DNA of 63,998 bases, filler included, from Candidatus Babelota bacterium (lineage in GTDB: Bacteria; JAGOBX01): assembly GCA_017999075.1 (NCBI GenBank). It is 9 parts of 9 records of this genome, joined end to end, with 100 filler letters (N's around TTAATTAATTAA, not from the genome) between each part and the next. Parts side by side here need not be neighbours in the genome. Positions count along the whole stretch, not along the records: positions 1 to 24,673 come from JAGOBX010000005.1; 8 more parts are not named here. One strand, 5' to 3'. Positions 9,303-19,284 of the stretch are shown piece after piece. The position numbers were made by a program, and so were the translations under genes. Under the pieces are notes generated by a model. The model made no database searches. It was not told where the DNA came from and saw only the letters and a program-made list of their open reading frames with translations. Within the stretch, counting starts at the first letter, position 1, and each line of letters starts with the position of its first letter.

Positions 9303-9866
9303 TTAAGCACGGCTGACATATTCGCCAGTTCGCGTATCAACTTTTATTTTAGTATCATTATCCACAAATAAAGGAACCTGTACTTCAAGTCCTGTTTCAA
9401 GTTTTGCAGGTTTTAAAACTTTTCCCGTAGTATCTCCTCTTTCTCCAGGTTCAGTATATACAACGTTTAGAACAACAAAATTCGGCATAGTAATTGTTAC
9501 AGGCTGACCATCATATAGACAAATCACCACCTCCATATTTTCAAGAAGGTAATAAACAGCATCTCCAATCAGGCGTTTGTCAAGCTGATATTGTTCATAG
9601 TTTTCTATATCCATAAACGTATAGAATTCAGAATCATTATATAAATATTGCATTTTCCTTACTTCAAGATATACATCGTCAAGTTTATCAGGACTATGAA
9701 AAGATTTTTCTAAAATAGAATGATTACTTAAATTCTGAAATTTAACCCGATAAATAACTTCCGTGCGCGCTTCTTTTGGCTGGTTAAAAGAAATTTTTAC
9801 AACACTGTATAATTGATTATTTATTTTTACAACTTTTCCTTGTCTAAGCTCTGTAACTTGAATCAT
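9303..9866 (-). CDS. efp: Elongation factor P with an atypical tip loop
   Basis: MQYLY, FMD..YEQ, TEPGERGDT, KPAKLETG..VQVPLF, VDTRTGEYVSRA. Confidence 0.95.
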   Translation of the reverse strand: MIQVTELRQGKVVKINNQLYSVVKISFNQPKEARTEVIYRVKFQNLSNHSILEKSFHSPDKLDDVYLEVRKMQYLYNDSEFYTFMDIENYEQYQLDKRLIGDAVYYLLENMEVVICLYDGQPVTITMPNFVVLNVVYTEPGERGDTTGKVLKPAKLETGLEVQVPLFVDNDTKIKVDTRTGEYVSRA

Positions 9867-9965
9867 ATAAAAACTCCTATGATAATATTATCAATAAAAT
9901 CAAGCGTCAGAAATATATAATTAATATCTGATATTTTCAAGATTTTTTTTAATTATTAAGTGTAT

Positions 9966-10823
9966 TTATTTTTTCATTCTGTTTATTTCATAGATATATT
10001 TTGCAGAAATATCCCTGTATTCATTGAATAATTTTGAATTATGAAAACAATCCAATGCATTATTCATATTATTCAACTTATAGTTACATAATCCTTTTAA
10101 AAAATATAGTTCTGCAGAATCCCCGAAATTTTCAGTTATGCCGTCTGCTATTAATAAAGCTTGAGAATACAGTTTCATTTTAAAATAAATTTTAACTTTT
10201 AACATCATGCACCCATTATCTTTTTTTAAATGCAAGGCTTGTTCGATATATTTTAATGCTTGTTCAAAATACCCGTTAACATAATATATGTTTGCTGTTA
10301 CAGTTAAAATTCTCATATCATTTTTTTCAACATTCAATATTTGTTCATAGTATTTAACTGCTTCTTCGTACATACCGGAATATGCATATAAATCAGCTGT
10401 AAATTCTAATATTCTCAAATCCGAATTTCCAAGAGCAATTTTTTTTTTTAAAAACATAATTGCTTCTTCGTGTTTATTAACAGATATAAACGTTTTAACA
10501 ATATTGCCGATCAAATCAATACTGTCCGGATTCAGCAATAATCCTTTATTGTACGCGTCGAATGCTATTTCAGGTTTATCGGACAAAGCGTAAGCATTTC
10601 CTAAATTTAAATACAGGAGGTGATGTTTTATCGTCGGATCATTTTTCAAAAAAGATTCAAGATCATCTATAACGCTCTGATATTTTTTTTCTTTAAATTT
10701 AAGAGAGATTTCGTTCAACAATTTTTTCTGGCGCAATGATAATTCATAGGAATCGGCATTTAAAATACTGCAGGATATAATAATTAATACCAGGTATTTA
10801 AATAAATTATTTAATATTCTCAT
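9966..10823 (-). CDS. Exported TPR protein
   Basis: Signal peptide and TPR repeats (LYLNLGNAY...AYNKGLLLNP). Confidence 0.8.
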   Translation of the reverse strand: MRILNNLFKYLVLIIISCSILNADSYELSLRQKKLLNEISLKFKEKKYQSVIDDLESFLKNDPTIKHHLLYLNLGNAYALSDKPEIAFDAYNKGLLLNPDSIDLIGNIVKTFISVNKHEEAIMFLKKKIALGNSDLRILEFTADLYAYSGMYEEAVKYYEQILNVEKNDMRILTVTANIYYVNGYFEQALKYIEQALHLKKDNGCMMLKVKIYFKMKLYSQALLIADGITENFGDSAELYFLKGLCNYKLNNMNNALDCFHNSKLFNEYRDISAKYIYEINRMKK

Positions 10824-10854
10824 TTTTGAATAATACAGGATTATTCCGGCATAT

Positions 10855-11970
10855 TTATTTATAATTATCTATTATAGAATTAATATTACCGTACATTTGT
10901 TCATCTTTTTTTATAATATAATCGCAATATTCTTTTCCGAGAATGACAGAATCACTTTCGGATGAAAGAAGTACAGTAATTATATTTCTGGGAACAAACG
11001 ATAATTTTATCAGCGCGCACAGTCCTGAGCCGCTGAAAAATTCTTCCACATAATTTACAACAACAATATCAGGTTTAAATTTTCTTATATATTCAAGCGA
11101 AGATTCAATATTATCTATATATTCGACAGCAACTTTTTTTTTTTCAAGATGAACAGATATTATCTGCTTTATAATAACCGATTTCAAAACAAATAAAATT
11201 CTTGTTTTTGCTTTGATTGGCAATGCTGATGACTGATTTTCTGCGGACATCTCATTTTTTTTTAACGTATCGGATTGAGGTATTTCTGTTGCTGCTGATT
11301 TTATATCAGAATCAACAGATCCAGAATGTTGAAAAAATGATGAAGGCTGAGTTCCGTCAGATACATTGTTTAATTTAGTTTGCTCTGCATTAAAATCTGT
11401 TTTTTTAGAATTTTTTATTACTTCAAACACAGTGTTTTTATTATTAGAACTATTGTTTTTTATTTCATCTCCGTCTTTTTTTAAATTTTTTTCTGTGCCA
11501 GATGACTGTGGAATAGATATATTCTGTTTGCTAGAACCAGAATCTTTTTTTACTGTTTGCGCAGCTTGACTGGTTTTTATATTCAAATTACGTGAAGCAA
11601 TTTTAATTAGTATATCATCAATATCATAATTTTCAGCGTTTATACGTTCAAATATATTGTTCGCATAATCAATGTAAGCGAGAAGTATATCAATGTTATA
11701 TTCATCAATTTTTGCTTGTTTGGTTTGTTCCAGAATTTTTATGTTATCTTCAAATTTTTGAAAAAGTTCTGATATGATATGTATTCCATATGACCCGGCG
11801 CTTCCTTTTATATTATGCGCTATGCGCTTAATAAGCAAATAATCTACATTTTGTTTACCTTCAAGAAGAAGCGCTTCAAGTTTATGAAGCTGTTCAGCAA
11901 CTTCTTTTATATAGTCCTGTATTAAACTTACATAATCAGGATCTATGTTAATAGGTTTCTTTTCACTCAT
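10855..11970 (-). CDS. Hpt-domain protein with a C-terminal receiver-like domain
   Basis: RIAHNIKGSAGSYG Hpt motif; low-complexity linker; KPDIVVVN receiver-like fold lacking the Asp. Confidence 0.75.
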   Translation of the reverse strand: MSEKKPINIDPDYVSLIQDYIKEVAEQLHKLEALLLEGKQNVDYLLIKRIAHNIKGSAGSYGIHIISELFQKFEDNIKILEQTKQAKIDEYNIDILLAYIDYANNIFERINAENYDIDDILIKIASRNLNIKTSQAAQTVKKDSGSSKQNISIPQSSGTEKNLKKDGDEIKNNSSNNKNTVFEVIKNSKKTDFNAEQTKLNNVSDGTQPSSFFQHSGSVDSDIKSAATEIPQSDTLKKNEMSAENQSSALPIKAKTRILFVLKSVIIKQIISVHLEKKKVAVEYIDNIESSLEYIRKFKPDIVVVNYVEEFFSGSGLCALIKLSFVPRNIITVLLSSESDSVILGKEYCDYIIKKDEQMYGNINSIIDNYK

Positions 11971-12571
11971 ATTTTAAATCCAAAGTTTTCATTACTTTTT
12001 TTATAACTTTATCCGGAGATTTGTCGGCATCAATAACGTGAACTTTTTTGTCGTGGTTAGCTTTATGCCATTCTACAAGATATTCGTACATCTGCCTTAT
12101 TATGTCAGTACTTACTTCCACATCAGGAGTATTTCTTGCAATTTGACGTTTATAAGATAATTCAAACGGTATCATTAGTCTTATGAAAAAATCAGGGAAC
12201 ACAAGTTTTTTTTTAATTTCAGGATAGTTGTTTAAAAAGTATTCATCCTTCAAATGTTTTGAATATGACCAGTGAACTCCTATATGAGATTCTTCAAGTA
12301 TAACGGCATTTTTTATTCCTTTTGAATTAAATTCGTTTTTTTTATTTTCTATATCTTTCTGGCGGATGCAAATCTCTTCAGCAAGCGAATCCGTTAATTT
12401 ATTTCTATCAACCAGTATATTCAATTTATGTTTTCTGACGATTTCAGTAGTCAATTCAGGAAAATAAAAAAAATTTTCAGGAAAATAAATTTTTAAAAAA
12501 TTGGAAACTTCAGATTTTCCTGTAGCAGGCAATCCTTCAATTATAATATGTTTAACACTCATAATTGTCAT
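11963..12571 (-). CDS. P-loop nucleotide kinase (thymidylate/dNK-like)
   Basis: IIIEGLPATGKS; LVFPDFFIRL; VIDADKSPDKV. Confidence 0.7.
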   Translation of the reverse strand: MTIMSVKHIIIEGLPATGKSEVSNFLKIYFPENFFYFPELTTEIVRKHKLNILVDRNKLTDSLAEEICIRQKDIENKKNEFNSKGIKNAVILEESHIGVHWSYSKHLKDEYFLNNYPEIKKKLVFPDFFIRLMIPFELSYKRQIARNTPDVEVSTDIIRQMYEYLVEWHKANHDKKVHVIDADKSPDKVIKKVMKTLDLKYE

Positions 12572-12912
12572 ACTCCTTTTAAATAATTTACTGCTGATTC
12601 CACATCTTCAAAAACAGAAATATATTTATCGATGGGTATGATTTCAAGTGATCTTTTAACAACATTTTTCATATTGCATATTGCTATATGTGTTTGAATT
12701 CCTTTATCTTTATACTCTACATATTTTTTCAATATTACCCCTATTGTCGAACTGTCAATAGCTTTTGTATTTTCAAGATTAATAACAAATTTTCCGGTTA
12801 TTTCAGACATAATTTTTTTGAACTCCACAAATTCTTCATCTTTAAAACCTATTCCCAGTTTTGCAGGAGTTTCAACTATTGAAACATTCTCGTTTTTTTG
12901 AATATTAAGCAT
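12568..12912 (-). CDS. STAS-domain protein (anti-sigma antagonist)
   Basis: INLENTKAIDSSTIGV; 114 aa. Confidence 0.8.
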   Translation of the reverse strand: MLNIQKNENVSIVETPAKLGIGFKDEEFVEFKKIMSEITGKFVINLENTKAIDSSTIGVILKKYVEYKDKGIQTHIAICNMKNVVKRSLEIIPIDKYISVFEDVESAVNYLKGV

Positions 12913-12940
12913 AATTCAAATATCTCCCTGTTAAAATAAT

Positions 12941-13948
12941 TTATTCGATATTTTTAATTTCGTCAAGAGTTCCATCAACATATACTTTTATTTTCCCGCT
13001 TCCTGAAACCGATATCTTGACAAACAATTGTTTTGCTGCCGGTTCTGTGTTGTCATAAACTATTTTTTCTCCAGTGCTGTCTTCAACAATTATTTTAATT
13101 CTTTTTTGATTCATATAATTCGGTGTCGTATAAGGAAATATCATATATCTTATCTGCTGCTGATTCTGTGAATCCGCAGGTCTTGCATTATAAAATATTT
13201 TTACCACACCAGATTCTTTCAATTTTTCACCAGGCGCAGGTTCCTGTTTCAAAATTTGATTTGCGGGTTTATGCCTGTTATACAACGGTACTTTTTCAGA
13301 AGTTAATTTTAATTCTGTTAATTTTATTTCAGCGCTTATAATATCAGAACCTACAAGTTCAGGCACAACTATATAAACAGATTCTTTTCCATTGCTTATG
13401 ACTAACGATATTTGGGTTCCGGATTTAATTATATCTCCGGGTAGAGGAGACTGAGACAAAACCACTCCTTCAGGAGCAACTTCGCTGAATACCCTGACTG
13501 GAGGTTCTATTTTAAGCACCTGAGTTGATTTCATCTGTATTGTCCTGAGAATATTTACAGCTTCGTTATACTGAAGATTCTGCACATTTGGCATAGTTAT
13601 CAGTTCAGGTCCGTCACTCACATATAAAGTGATTTTACGATGTCCTGAATCACGCACTCTGCTTCCTTCAGGAGGCCATTGAGAAATAACCACATTTTTA
13701 GCTACAGATTCGGAATGCTGTTTTACAACATTCATAGTTAAATTGGTGGATTTCAAACTTTTTTCAACTTCAGCAAGAGCTACATTATGAAAAGACGGGA
13801 TCTGAACCTCGTCAAAACTCGTATATTTTATAAATCCGACATATATAATTATTCCCGATAATGCAATAAATATTATATAATTTCTAAATATTCTGCATAT
13901 TATTGAAATAAAAGTCGGTTTTCTCAATACTTTTTGTTTATTCGCCAT
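12941..13948 (-). CDS. Membrane-anchored PASTA-domain protein without a kinase domain
   Basis: One TM segment, three PASTA repeats (VISQWP, VLSQSP, ILKQEP) and a C-terminal beta domain. Confidence 0.85.
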   Translation of the reverse strand: MANKQKVLRKPTFISIICRIFRNYIIFIALSGIIIYVGFIKYTSFDEVQIPSFHNVALAEVEKSLKSTNLTMNVVKQHSESVAKNVVISQWPPEGSRVRDSGHRKITLYVSDGPELITMPNVQNLQYNEAVNILRTIQMKSTQVLKIEPPVRVFSEVAPEGVVLSQSPLPGDIIKSGTQISLVISNGKESVYIVVPELVGSDIISAEIKLTELKLTSEKVPLYNRHKPANQILKQEPAPGEKLKESGVVKIFYNARPADSQNQQQIRYMIFPYTTPNYMNQKRIKIIVEDSTGEKIVYDNTEPAAKQLFVKISVSGSGKIKVYVDGTLDEIKNIE

Positions 13949-15719
13949 TCTGGTTTTCACTGTTGTAAACATAATATTCAGGAGATATTATATTCCACTC
14001 CATACAAATTTTTAAATTTTCGATTTTCGGAGTATTAGACAATATACGTTTAAAATTCTGTTTTGGTTTTTTAGATGAATCTACAACAAAATCCTCTTTC
14101 TTTTTATCAAGAAAATTTTCCTGCACTTCTATAGCTTTCCAATAATAATTTGTGGCAGCATCAAAATTTCCTGACATATCATACGCAACTCCGATATTGT
14201 TATACAATTGTATAGTTTGAGGTTCATTATAAATGAATTTAGGTACAAGCGGCTGATATACATTAACCGCATTCAAGTAATTGCCGTTCATAACCAGCGC
14301 ATTCCCTAAATTATATGCAATTACCGAAGTATCCACTCCTGGCACAACTATTTTTTCATCAAGCACTTTATTAAAATAAAATACACTTCTGTCATATTCA
14401 CTATTGTAATATAAGGCATACCCAAGATGAAAATTAATTTCAGGATCTATATATCCTAATTTTAATGATTCTTCGAATTCTTTTATAGACTGCGCGTATT
14501 CTTTAAAAACATATAAATAAATTTTACCAATATAATAATGCGTTTCCGCAATATTCGGATTTAAACTTAACGAATGTTCGAGCGTCAACACTGCATTTTT
14601 TATATCTTTTTTTTTATAATACATATAACCGAGATCGGATAATACAAGCGCGTCATCAGGTTTTAACGCAAGATATTTCTTGTAATTCTCCATAATTTTA
14701 TCGATATTAGGATTAGGTTTAAGTTTATATATTCTCGCTAACTGAAGATATAATTCCGCCTGATTTGGATTTGATTCAATACTTTTAAGATAAAACTGTT
14801 CAGCCTTATCAAGCTGATTTTTTGATATATAAATTTGACCAAGAGCTGCGAAAGCTTCAGAATCAAGAGGAGGAGCATTCTTTAAATACTGTAGTTCTAT
14901 ATGTGTCTTAAGCGCTTTGTCAAATTCATTAAGTTTTAAATAAATTCTTCTTAATTTTATGTAGGATGCAGGTTCATCCTGTTTATAATTTTTAGCCATT
15001 TCAAAATATTTGACTGATTCCTGCAAATCGTTTTTTTGCAGACAAATTTCTCCGCGGTTGTATAAACTTTCAGAAGTTATTCCGTTCAATTTATCCATCA
15101 AATCGCAATATTGTTTTGCAGTTTCATACTCACCTTTTGATATATACACTTTAGCATACATATTATATAAAGGAAAATATTGAATATTACTTTTATTTAC
15201 AATTTCTTTAACATTCCCTAAATAAAATAGCGCTTCATTCAATCTATTAAGCTTCCAGCATTCTTTGGCAAAATTTATATAAGTGATTTTAGGGTCTGAT
15301 TTAAACATCAGGGCATAATTCAATGATTTTCCAACTTTATCAGTTTGATTTGTATGAAGGTATTCTATAGATTTTTTAAAAAAATAATTATACATAAGCG
15401 GATTTAATCCGTATATATATCCTATTGTCAGTAGAATTAATGTGGCCAATCCTAAACCGCTTAAAATAATCCAGCGAGGGACCTGCTGTTTTTTTTTCTG
15501 AAGAAGAACAGCTTCTTCAAAAGGTATTACATCTTCAAGAATTTCGTCAGAACCTTCGCCAAGATCGTCTTCAAAGTTGAAATCAGTAAAAATATCATTT
15601 ATCTGACTTTCATCCTGTTCCTTATTATCAGGTTTATTTTTTTCCAGGTCTACGCTCTCAGCCGTTTGCCTTAATAAATCGGTTATATTGGTAAATTCAT
15701 TTTTATTTGGATCAGCCAT
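13938..15719 (-). CDS. Membrane-anchored TPR protein (FlcA-like architecture)
   Basis: Acidic N-terminus, single TM segment, about ten TPR repeats. Confidence 0.8.
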   Translation of the reverse strand: MADPNKNEFTNITDLLRQTAESVDLEKNKPDNKEQDESQINDIFTDFNFEDDLGEGSDEILEDVIPFEEAVLLQKKKQQVPRWIILSGLGLATLILLTIGYIYGLNPLMYNYFFKKSIEYLHTNQTDKVGKSLNYALMFKSDPKITYINFAKECWKLNRLNEALFYLGNVKEIVNKSNIQYFPLYNMYAKVYISKGEYETAKQYCDLMDKLNGITSESLYNRGEICLQKNDLQESVKYFEMAKNYKQDEPASYIKLRRIYLKLNEFDKALKTHIELQYLKNAPPLDSEAFAALGQIYISKNQLDKAEQFYLKSIESNPNQAELYLQLARIYKLKPNPNIDKIMENYKKYLALKPDDALVLSDLGYMYYKKKDIKNAVLTLEHSLSLNPNIAETHYYIGKIYLYVFKEYAQSIKEFEESLKLGYIDPEINFHLGYALYYNSEYDRSVFYFNKVLDEKIVVPGVDTSVIAYNLGNALVMNGNYLNAVNVYQPLVPKFIYNEPQTIQLYNNIGVAYDMSGNFDAATNYYWKAIEVQENFLDKKKEDFVVDSSKKPKQNFKRILSNTPKIENLKICMEWNIISPEYYVYNSENQNGE

Positions 15720-15739
15720 AATTTTTTATTTACTAAAAA

Positions 15740-16156
15740 TTAAATTTTAAAATTTTTAATAACTTTTATCATAACTCCTGAACCTGAGGGATTGTTTAGA
15801 ATTTTAAAATCGTCAATTTCTTTTAATGCTTCAAGTAAAGTGTAAATCTGCATATTGTTTCTTTCCCGATTAATTAAATTTTTTATATCGGTTGTAGTCA
15901 TTTGAGGATTTATCACATTAACTTCTATAAAAGAACCTTTATCAAAAACTTCAATTTTTCCTAACGAATACTGTATTGCCAATTCATCAATAATTTTTTG
16001 TATGGCCAGTGATGTATAAACTTTTTCAAAAGCGTTTGTCGGTTTCTCTCTAAGGATTTTATCAACAATTTTAAACTGTTTGTTAACGCGTTCTTTAATC
16101 GCTTTTATTCTTTTTGCTTCTTCCTTTTCTTTATTTAATTCTGCCAATAATTTCAT
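15740..16156 (-). CDS. Hypothetical protein
   Basis: ORF within the operon; AAGGAG RBS before the ATG at 16156. Confidence 0.7.
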   Translation of the reverse strand: MKLLAELNKEKEEAKRIKAIKERVNKQFKIVDKILREKPTNAFEKVYTSLAIQKIIDELAIQYSLGKIEVFDKGSFIEVNVINPQMTTTDIKNLINRERNNMQIYTLLEALKEIDDFKILNNPSGSGVMIKVIKNFKI

Positions 16157-16184
16157 ATAAATTCTACTCCTTAAAAAATGATTA

Positions 16185-17582
16185 TTAAAAACTTGATTCC
16201 TGTAAATCAAAATCAGATTCTTCGAATAATTGTTTAGAACATAAATAAACTTTGTCAGCCATATTTTTTTCGCTGAATATTCTGAATGAAATAAATTTTA
16301 CAGGGATATTTTTACTCAATTTAATTAATCCGTTTTTATCGACTTTTTTCAGTATAGGATCATACACCGCTACGGCATTTTTTCTTTCTTTTGATGAGAA
16401 CGGATTTTCCGGACGCACATCAAGAATCGGGGTGTCAACTCTTATTTCAGCCGATTCCTTTAAATTTTCCATTACCATATTAGTAATTTTATCTTTTTCC
16501 GGAAGTTTAAAAAATATATTGTCTATTGTTAATGCATTAATATCTTTCTGATATGCTATTTTCCAATACAGTTCCCTGTTTAATAATTTCGACCATGTTT
16601 CGCCAAGAATTTTCTTTTTCTCATCCTTTTCATTTTTCCATTTAGGTATTACAGAGTGAAGATAAAAATCGTCTATATCATAAAAACGTTCAATATTATC
16701 CAAAGGATTGCAAATTTCAATTATATCAAGGCATTCTCCGAGTATATCTGAAAAAGATATGTCTATCGAACGGACGGTTTTATGGTAATAAACATTTTCA
16801 TACATAAATAATCTGGATATTAAAAAAGCTTTTAAAGCCGAAGCTGAACTTTTGTGCAGCATAAGTCCGTCTTCAAAAACAGAAGTTGTTTCTATTAATC
16901 TGTCTATATCAAGAAGTCCGTATTCTCTTACTCCGCAGAAATACGAATCTCTTACAAGATAATCGAGTTTATCCACGCTGTATAAACCGTAAATTATTTT
17001 TGAAAAAATTTTTTCCCACAAATTTTTATAAGGTTCAATAGGTTTGATGAAGTTACATATAACAGCAGGATCTATTTCACCGTCAAATTTGCCTTCGGGC
17101 GATCTTTTAATATTTTTAATTATATCAGCAAGTTCTGTTAATATTATTTTTCTTCCAATATCTTCGTGAGTAACTTTAAATTTTTTATAAGTGTGAACCT
17201 GATCAAGTGTATGACCGAAAGGGCCATGGCCTATATCGTGAAGCAGCCCTGCTATACGGCATGTTTCAACGACGTATTCGATATCCGGAATAAATTCCTC
17301 GGGATGAATCTCTTTAAAATGGTAATATAATTTTCTTGCAAATTTTCCAGCTAAATGCATTACGCCTACAGAATGCAAAAATCTGGTATGCATAGCTCCT
17401 GGATATACTAGCCATGCGGTCTGCAGCTGAAAAATTCTTTTTAACCGCTGCATCCATCTGTTATCTATTAAATCTATTTCACCTGTTTCGCAGGTTTTTT
17501 CGCCTACAGTAAATCTTATATAACCGTTTATCGGGTCTCTCATTATATCCGATTTACTTCGGGGATCAATTTTTGAAACCAT
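16185..17582 (-). CDS. HD-domain phosphohydrolase (YwfO/SAMHD1-like dNTPase family)
   Basis: RDPINGYI, QRLKRIFQL, YPGAMHTRFLHSVG, LLHDIGHGPFGH, DKLDYLVRD, VYYHKT. Confidence 0.9.
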   Translation of the reverse strand: MVSKIDPRSKSDIMRDPINGYIRFTVGEKTCETGEIDLIDNRWMQRLKRIFQLQTAWLVYPGAMHTRFLHSVGVMHLAGKFARKLYYHFKEIHPEEFIPDIEYVVETCRIAGLLHDIGHGPFGHTLDQVHTYKKFKVTHEDIGRKIILTELADIIKNIKRSPEGKFDGEIDPAVICNFIKPIEPYKNLWEKIFSKIIYGLYSVDKLDYLVRDSYFCGVREYGLLDIDRLIETTSVFEDGLMLHKSSASALKAFLISRLFMYENVYYHKTVRSIDISFSDILGECLDIIEICNPLDNIERFYDIDDFYLHSVIPKWKNEKDEKKKILGETWSKLLNRELYWKIAYQKDINALTIDNIFFKLPEKDKITNMVMENLKESAEIRVDTPILDVRPENPFSSKERKNAVAVYDPILKKVDKNGLIKLSKNIPVKFISFRIFSEKNMADKVYLCSKQLFEESDFDLQESSF

Positions 17583-17701
17583 ATTTAATTTCTCAATATT
17601 TTTTTTAGTTAAATAAACAGAACATACCCTAAAATATTACATTAAGATTGAATTTTTTCAGCAAACTACGTTTAATATTATAAGGCAATTATGATTTTTA
17701 A

Positions 17702-17915
17702 CAGTTTTCGTCAATTTTATCTATTGATTTCAGAAAACTGCATTAATCAAAAAAAAACATCTGGTTGCTGTTCAATAAGTTGAAAAAGTAATTCAAACCT
17801 CTGGTTTGAGAAAAATTATCCACTCGATAATAAACAATTTAATAAATGCAGAACATTGATCTGCATCAGATAAATCAACTTATCATACAGCCCATTACAT
17901 TTTTTGAGCCTAATC
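17702..17915 (-). ncRNA. Candidate structured leader RNA or sRNA of unknown family
   Basis: Long stem 17767-17783/17875-17891 enclosing three hairpins, followed by a U9 tract and another hairpin. Confidence 0.4.
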
Positions 17916-17921
17916 CTCTAA

Positions 17922-17951
17922 ATTATACCATATTAGGCATCTAATTGTCAA
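17922..17951 (-). promoter_or_regulatory. Consensus sigma70 promoter for the leader and HD operon
   Basis: TTGACA, 18 nt, TATAAT on the minus strand; GCCTAAT/ATTAGGC inverted repeat flanks the -10 box. Confidence 0.7.
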
Positions 17952-18062
17952 TGAAAAAAACATATAATATTTTTAATAAAAAAAACTTGAAAAAAACATA
18001 TAATAATATATCTTGTTGTAATAATATTTTAAAATTTTTTTTTATTTTAAAAGGCATAAAAT

Positions 18063-19265
18063 ATGGATTCTAATACACTTGATTTATTATTTAGAGGAAC
18101 TGAAGAAGTTATTCCGAAAGACGTTTTTTTAAAACGGCTCGAAAAAAATGAAATTTTGAAAATAAAATTCGGCGCAGATCCTACTGCTCCGGATCTGCAT
18201 CTTGGTCATACAGTAGTCTTGAGGAAGCTGAGAACATTTCAGAAATTAGGTCATAAAATACAATTAATTATCGGGGATTTTACTGCACAGCTCGGAGACC
18301 CCTCAGGAAGATCAGTCACAAGACCTCCGCTGTCAAAAGAAGATGTTATGAAAAATGCGCAAACATATAAAGAACAGGTATTCAAAATTCTTGATCCTGA
18401 CAAAATTGAAAATATTTATTACAATAGCGAATGGCTTGAAAATATGAAATTCAATGATGTCATCAAACTTTGTTCCAAATATACGGTAGCGAGGATGCTT
18501 GAACGTGATGATTTTTTTAAGAGATATTCCGGAAGATTACCTATATGCATACACGAATTTTTATATCCATTAATTCAAGGTTATGATTCGGTAGTATTAA
18601 AATCAGATTTGGAAATCGGAGGGACAGACCAGAAATTTAACCTTCTTGTTGGAAGAGATTTGCAGGAAGATGCAGGATTGAGGCCTCAGATAATTATGAC
18701 TATGCCGATACTGCCGGGAACTGATGGAATAAAAAAAATGAGCAAGAGTTACGGTAATTATATTGGATTAAACGAATCATCAAAAGACATGTTCGGAAAA
18801 CTTATGTCTATAACCGATGATTTAATGTTCACTTATTTTGAATTATTAACCGAAGTTCCGACTCAGGAATTAAACGAATATAAAATTCAAATTAAACTAA
18901 ATAAACTTAATCCGCGAGATTTGAAAGAAAAACTCGCCAAAATTATTGTTTCTGATTATTTTGGAGAAACTACAGCAGATTATGAAGCAGATGAATTTAA
19001 AAAAGTTTTTTCAAACAGGCAAAATCCTGATGAAGCTCCTGAATTTACAATTCCATTAGACCAGATTTCTGAAGGCCAGTGCGATGCTATGACTATTATG
19101 AGATATACGGGAGCATTTCCTTCTAATGGAGAAATTAAAAGACTTATAAAACAAGGCGGACTAAAAATTAATGACATAAAAGTCAATGATATATTTGATA
19201 AATTTGATATATTTCCAGGGATGATCATCAAAGCAGGAAAATTTAAATTTTTTAAATTAAAATAA
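18063..19265 (+). CDS. tyrS: Tyrosine--tRNA ligase
   Basis: [27 protein letters not shown]-terminal S4 domain. Confidence 0.97.
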   Translation: MDSNTLDLLFRGTEEVIPKDVFLKRLEKNEILKIKFGADPTAPDLHLGHTVVLRKLRTFQKLGHKIQLIIGDFTAQLGDPSGRSVTRPPLSKEDVMKNAQTYKEQVFKILDPDKIENIYYNSEWLENMKFNDVIKLCSKYTVARMLERDDFFKRYSGRLPICIHEFLYPLIQGYDSVVLKSDLEIGGTDQKFNLLVGRDLQEDAGLRPQIIMTMPILPGTDGIKKMSKSYGNYIGLNESSKDMFGKLMSITDDLMFTYFELLTEVPTQELNEYKIQIKLNKLNPRDLKEKLAKIIVSDYFGETTADYEADEFKKVFSNRQNPDEAPEFTIPLDQISEGQCDAMTIMRYTGAFPSNGEIKRLIKQGGLKINDIKVNDIFDKFDIFPGMIIKAGKFKFFKLK

Positions 19266-19284
19266 AAGTATTAGGAGCAGTTTT

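Noticed and set aside
11963-17582. HD dNTPase plus nucleotide kinase as an anti-phage nucleotide-depletion system
   Set aside because: Embedded in an operon with efp and envelope genes next to tyrS; context is housekeeping, not a defence island
17583-18062. T-box riboswitch for tyrS
   Set aside because: No AAGGTGG(T/A)ACC T-box or specifier loop on the plus strand; the strong promoter and structure point the other way
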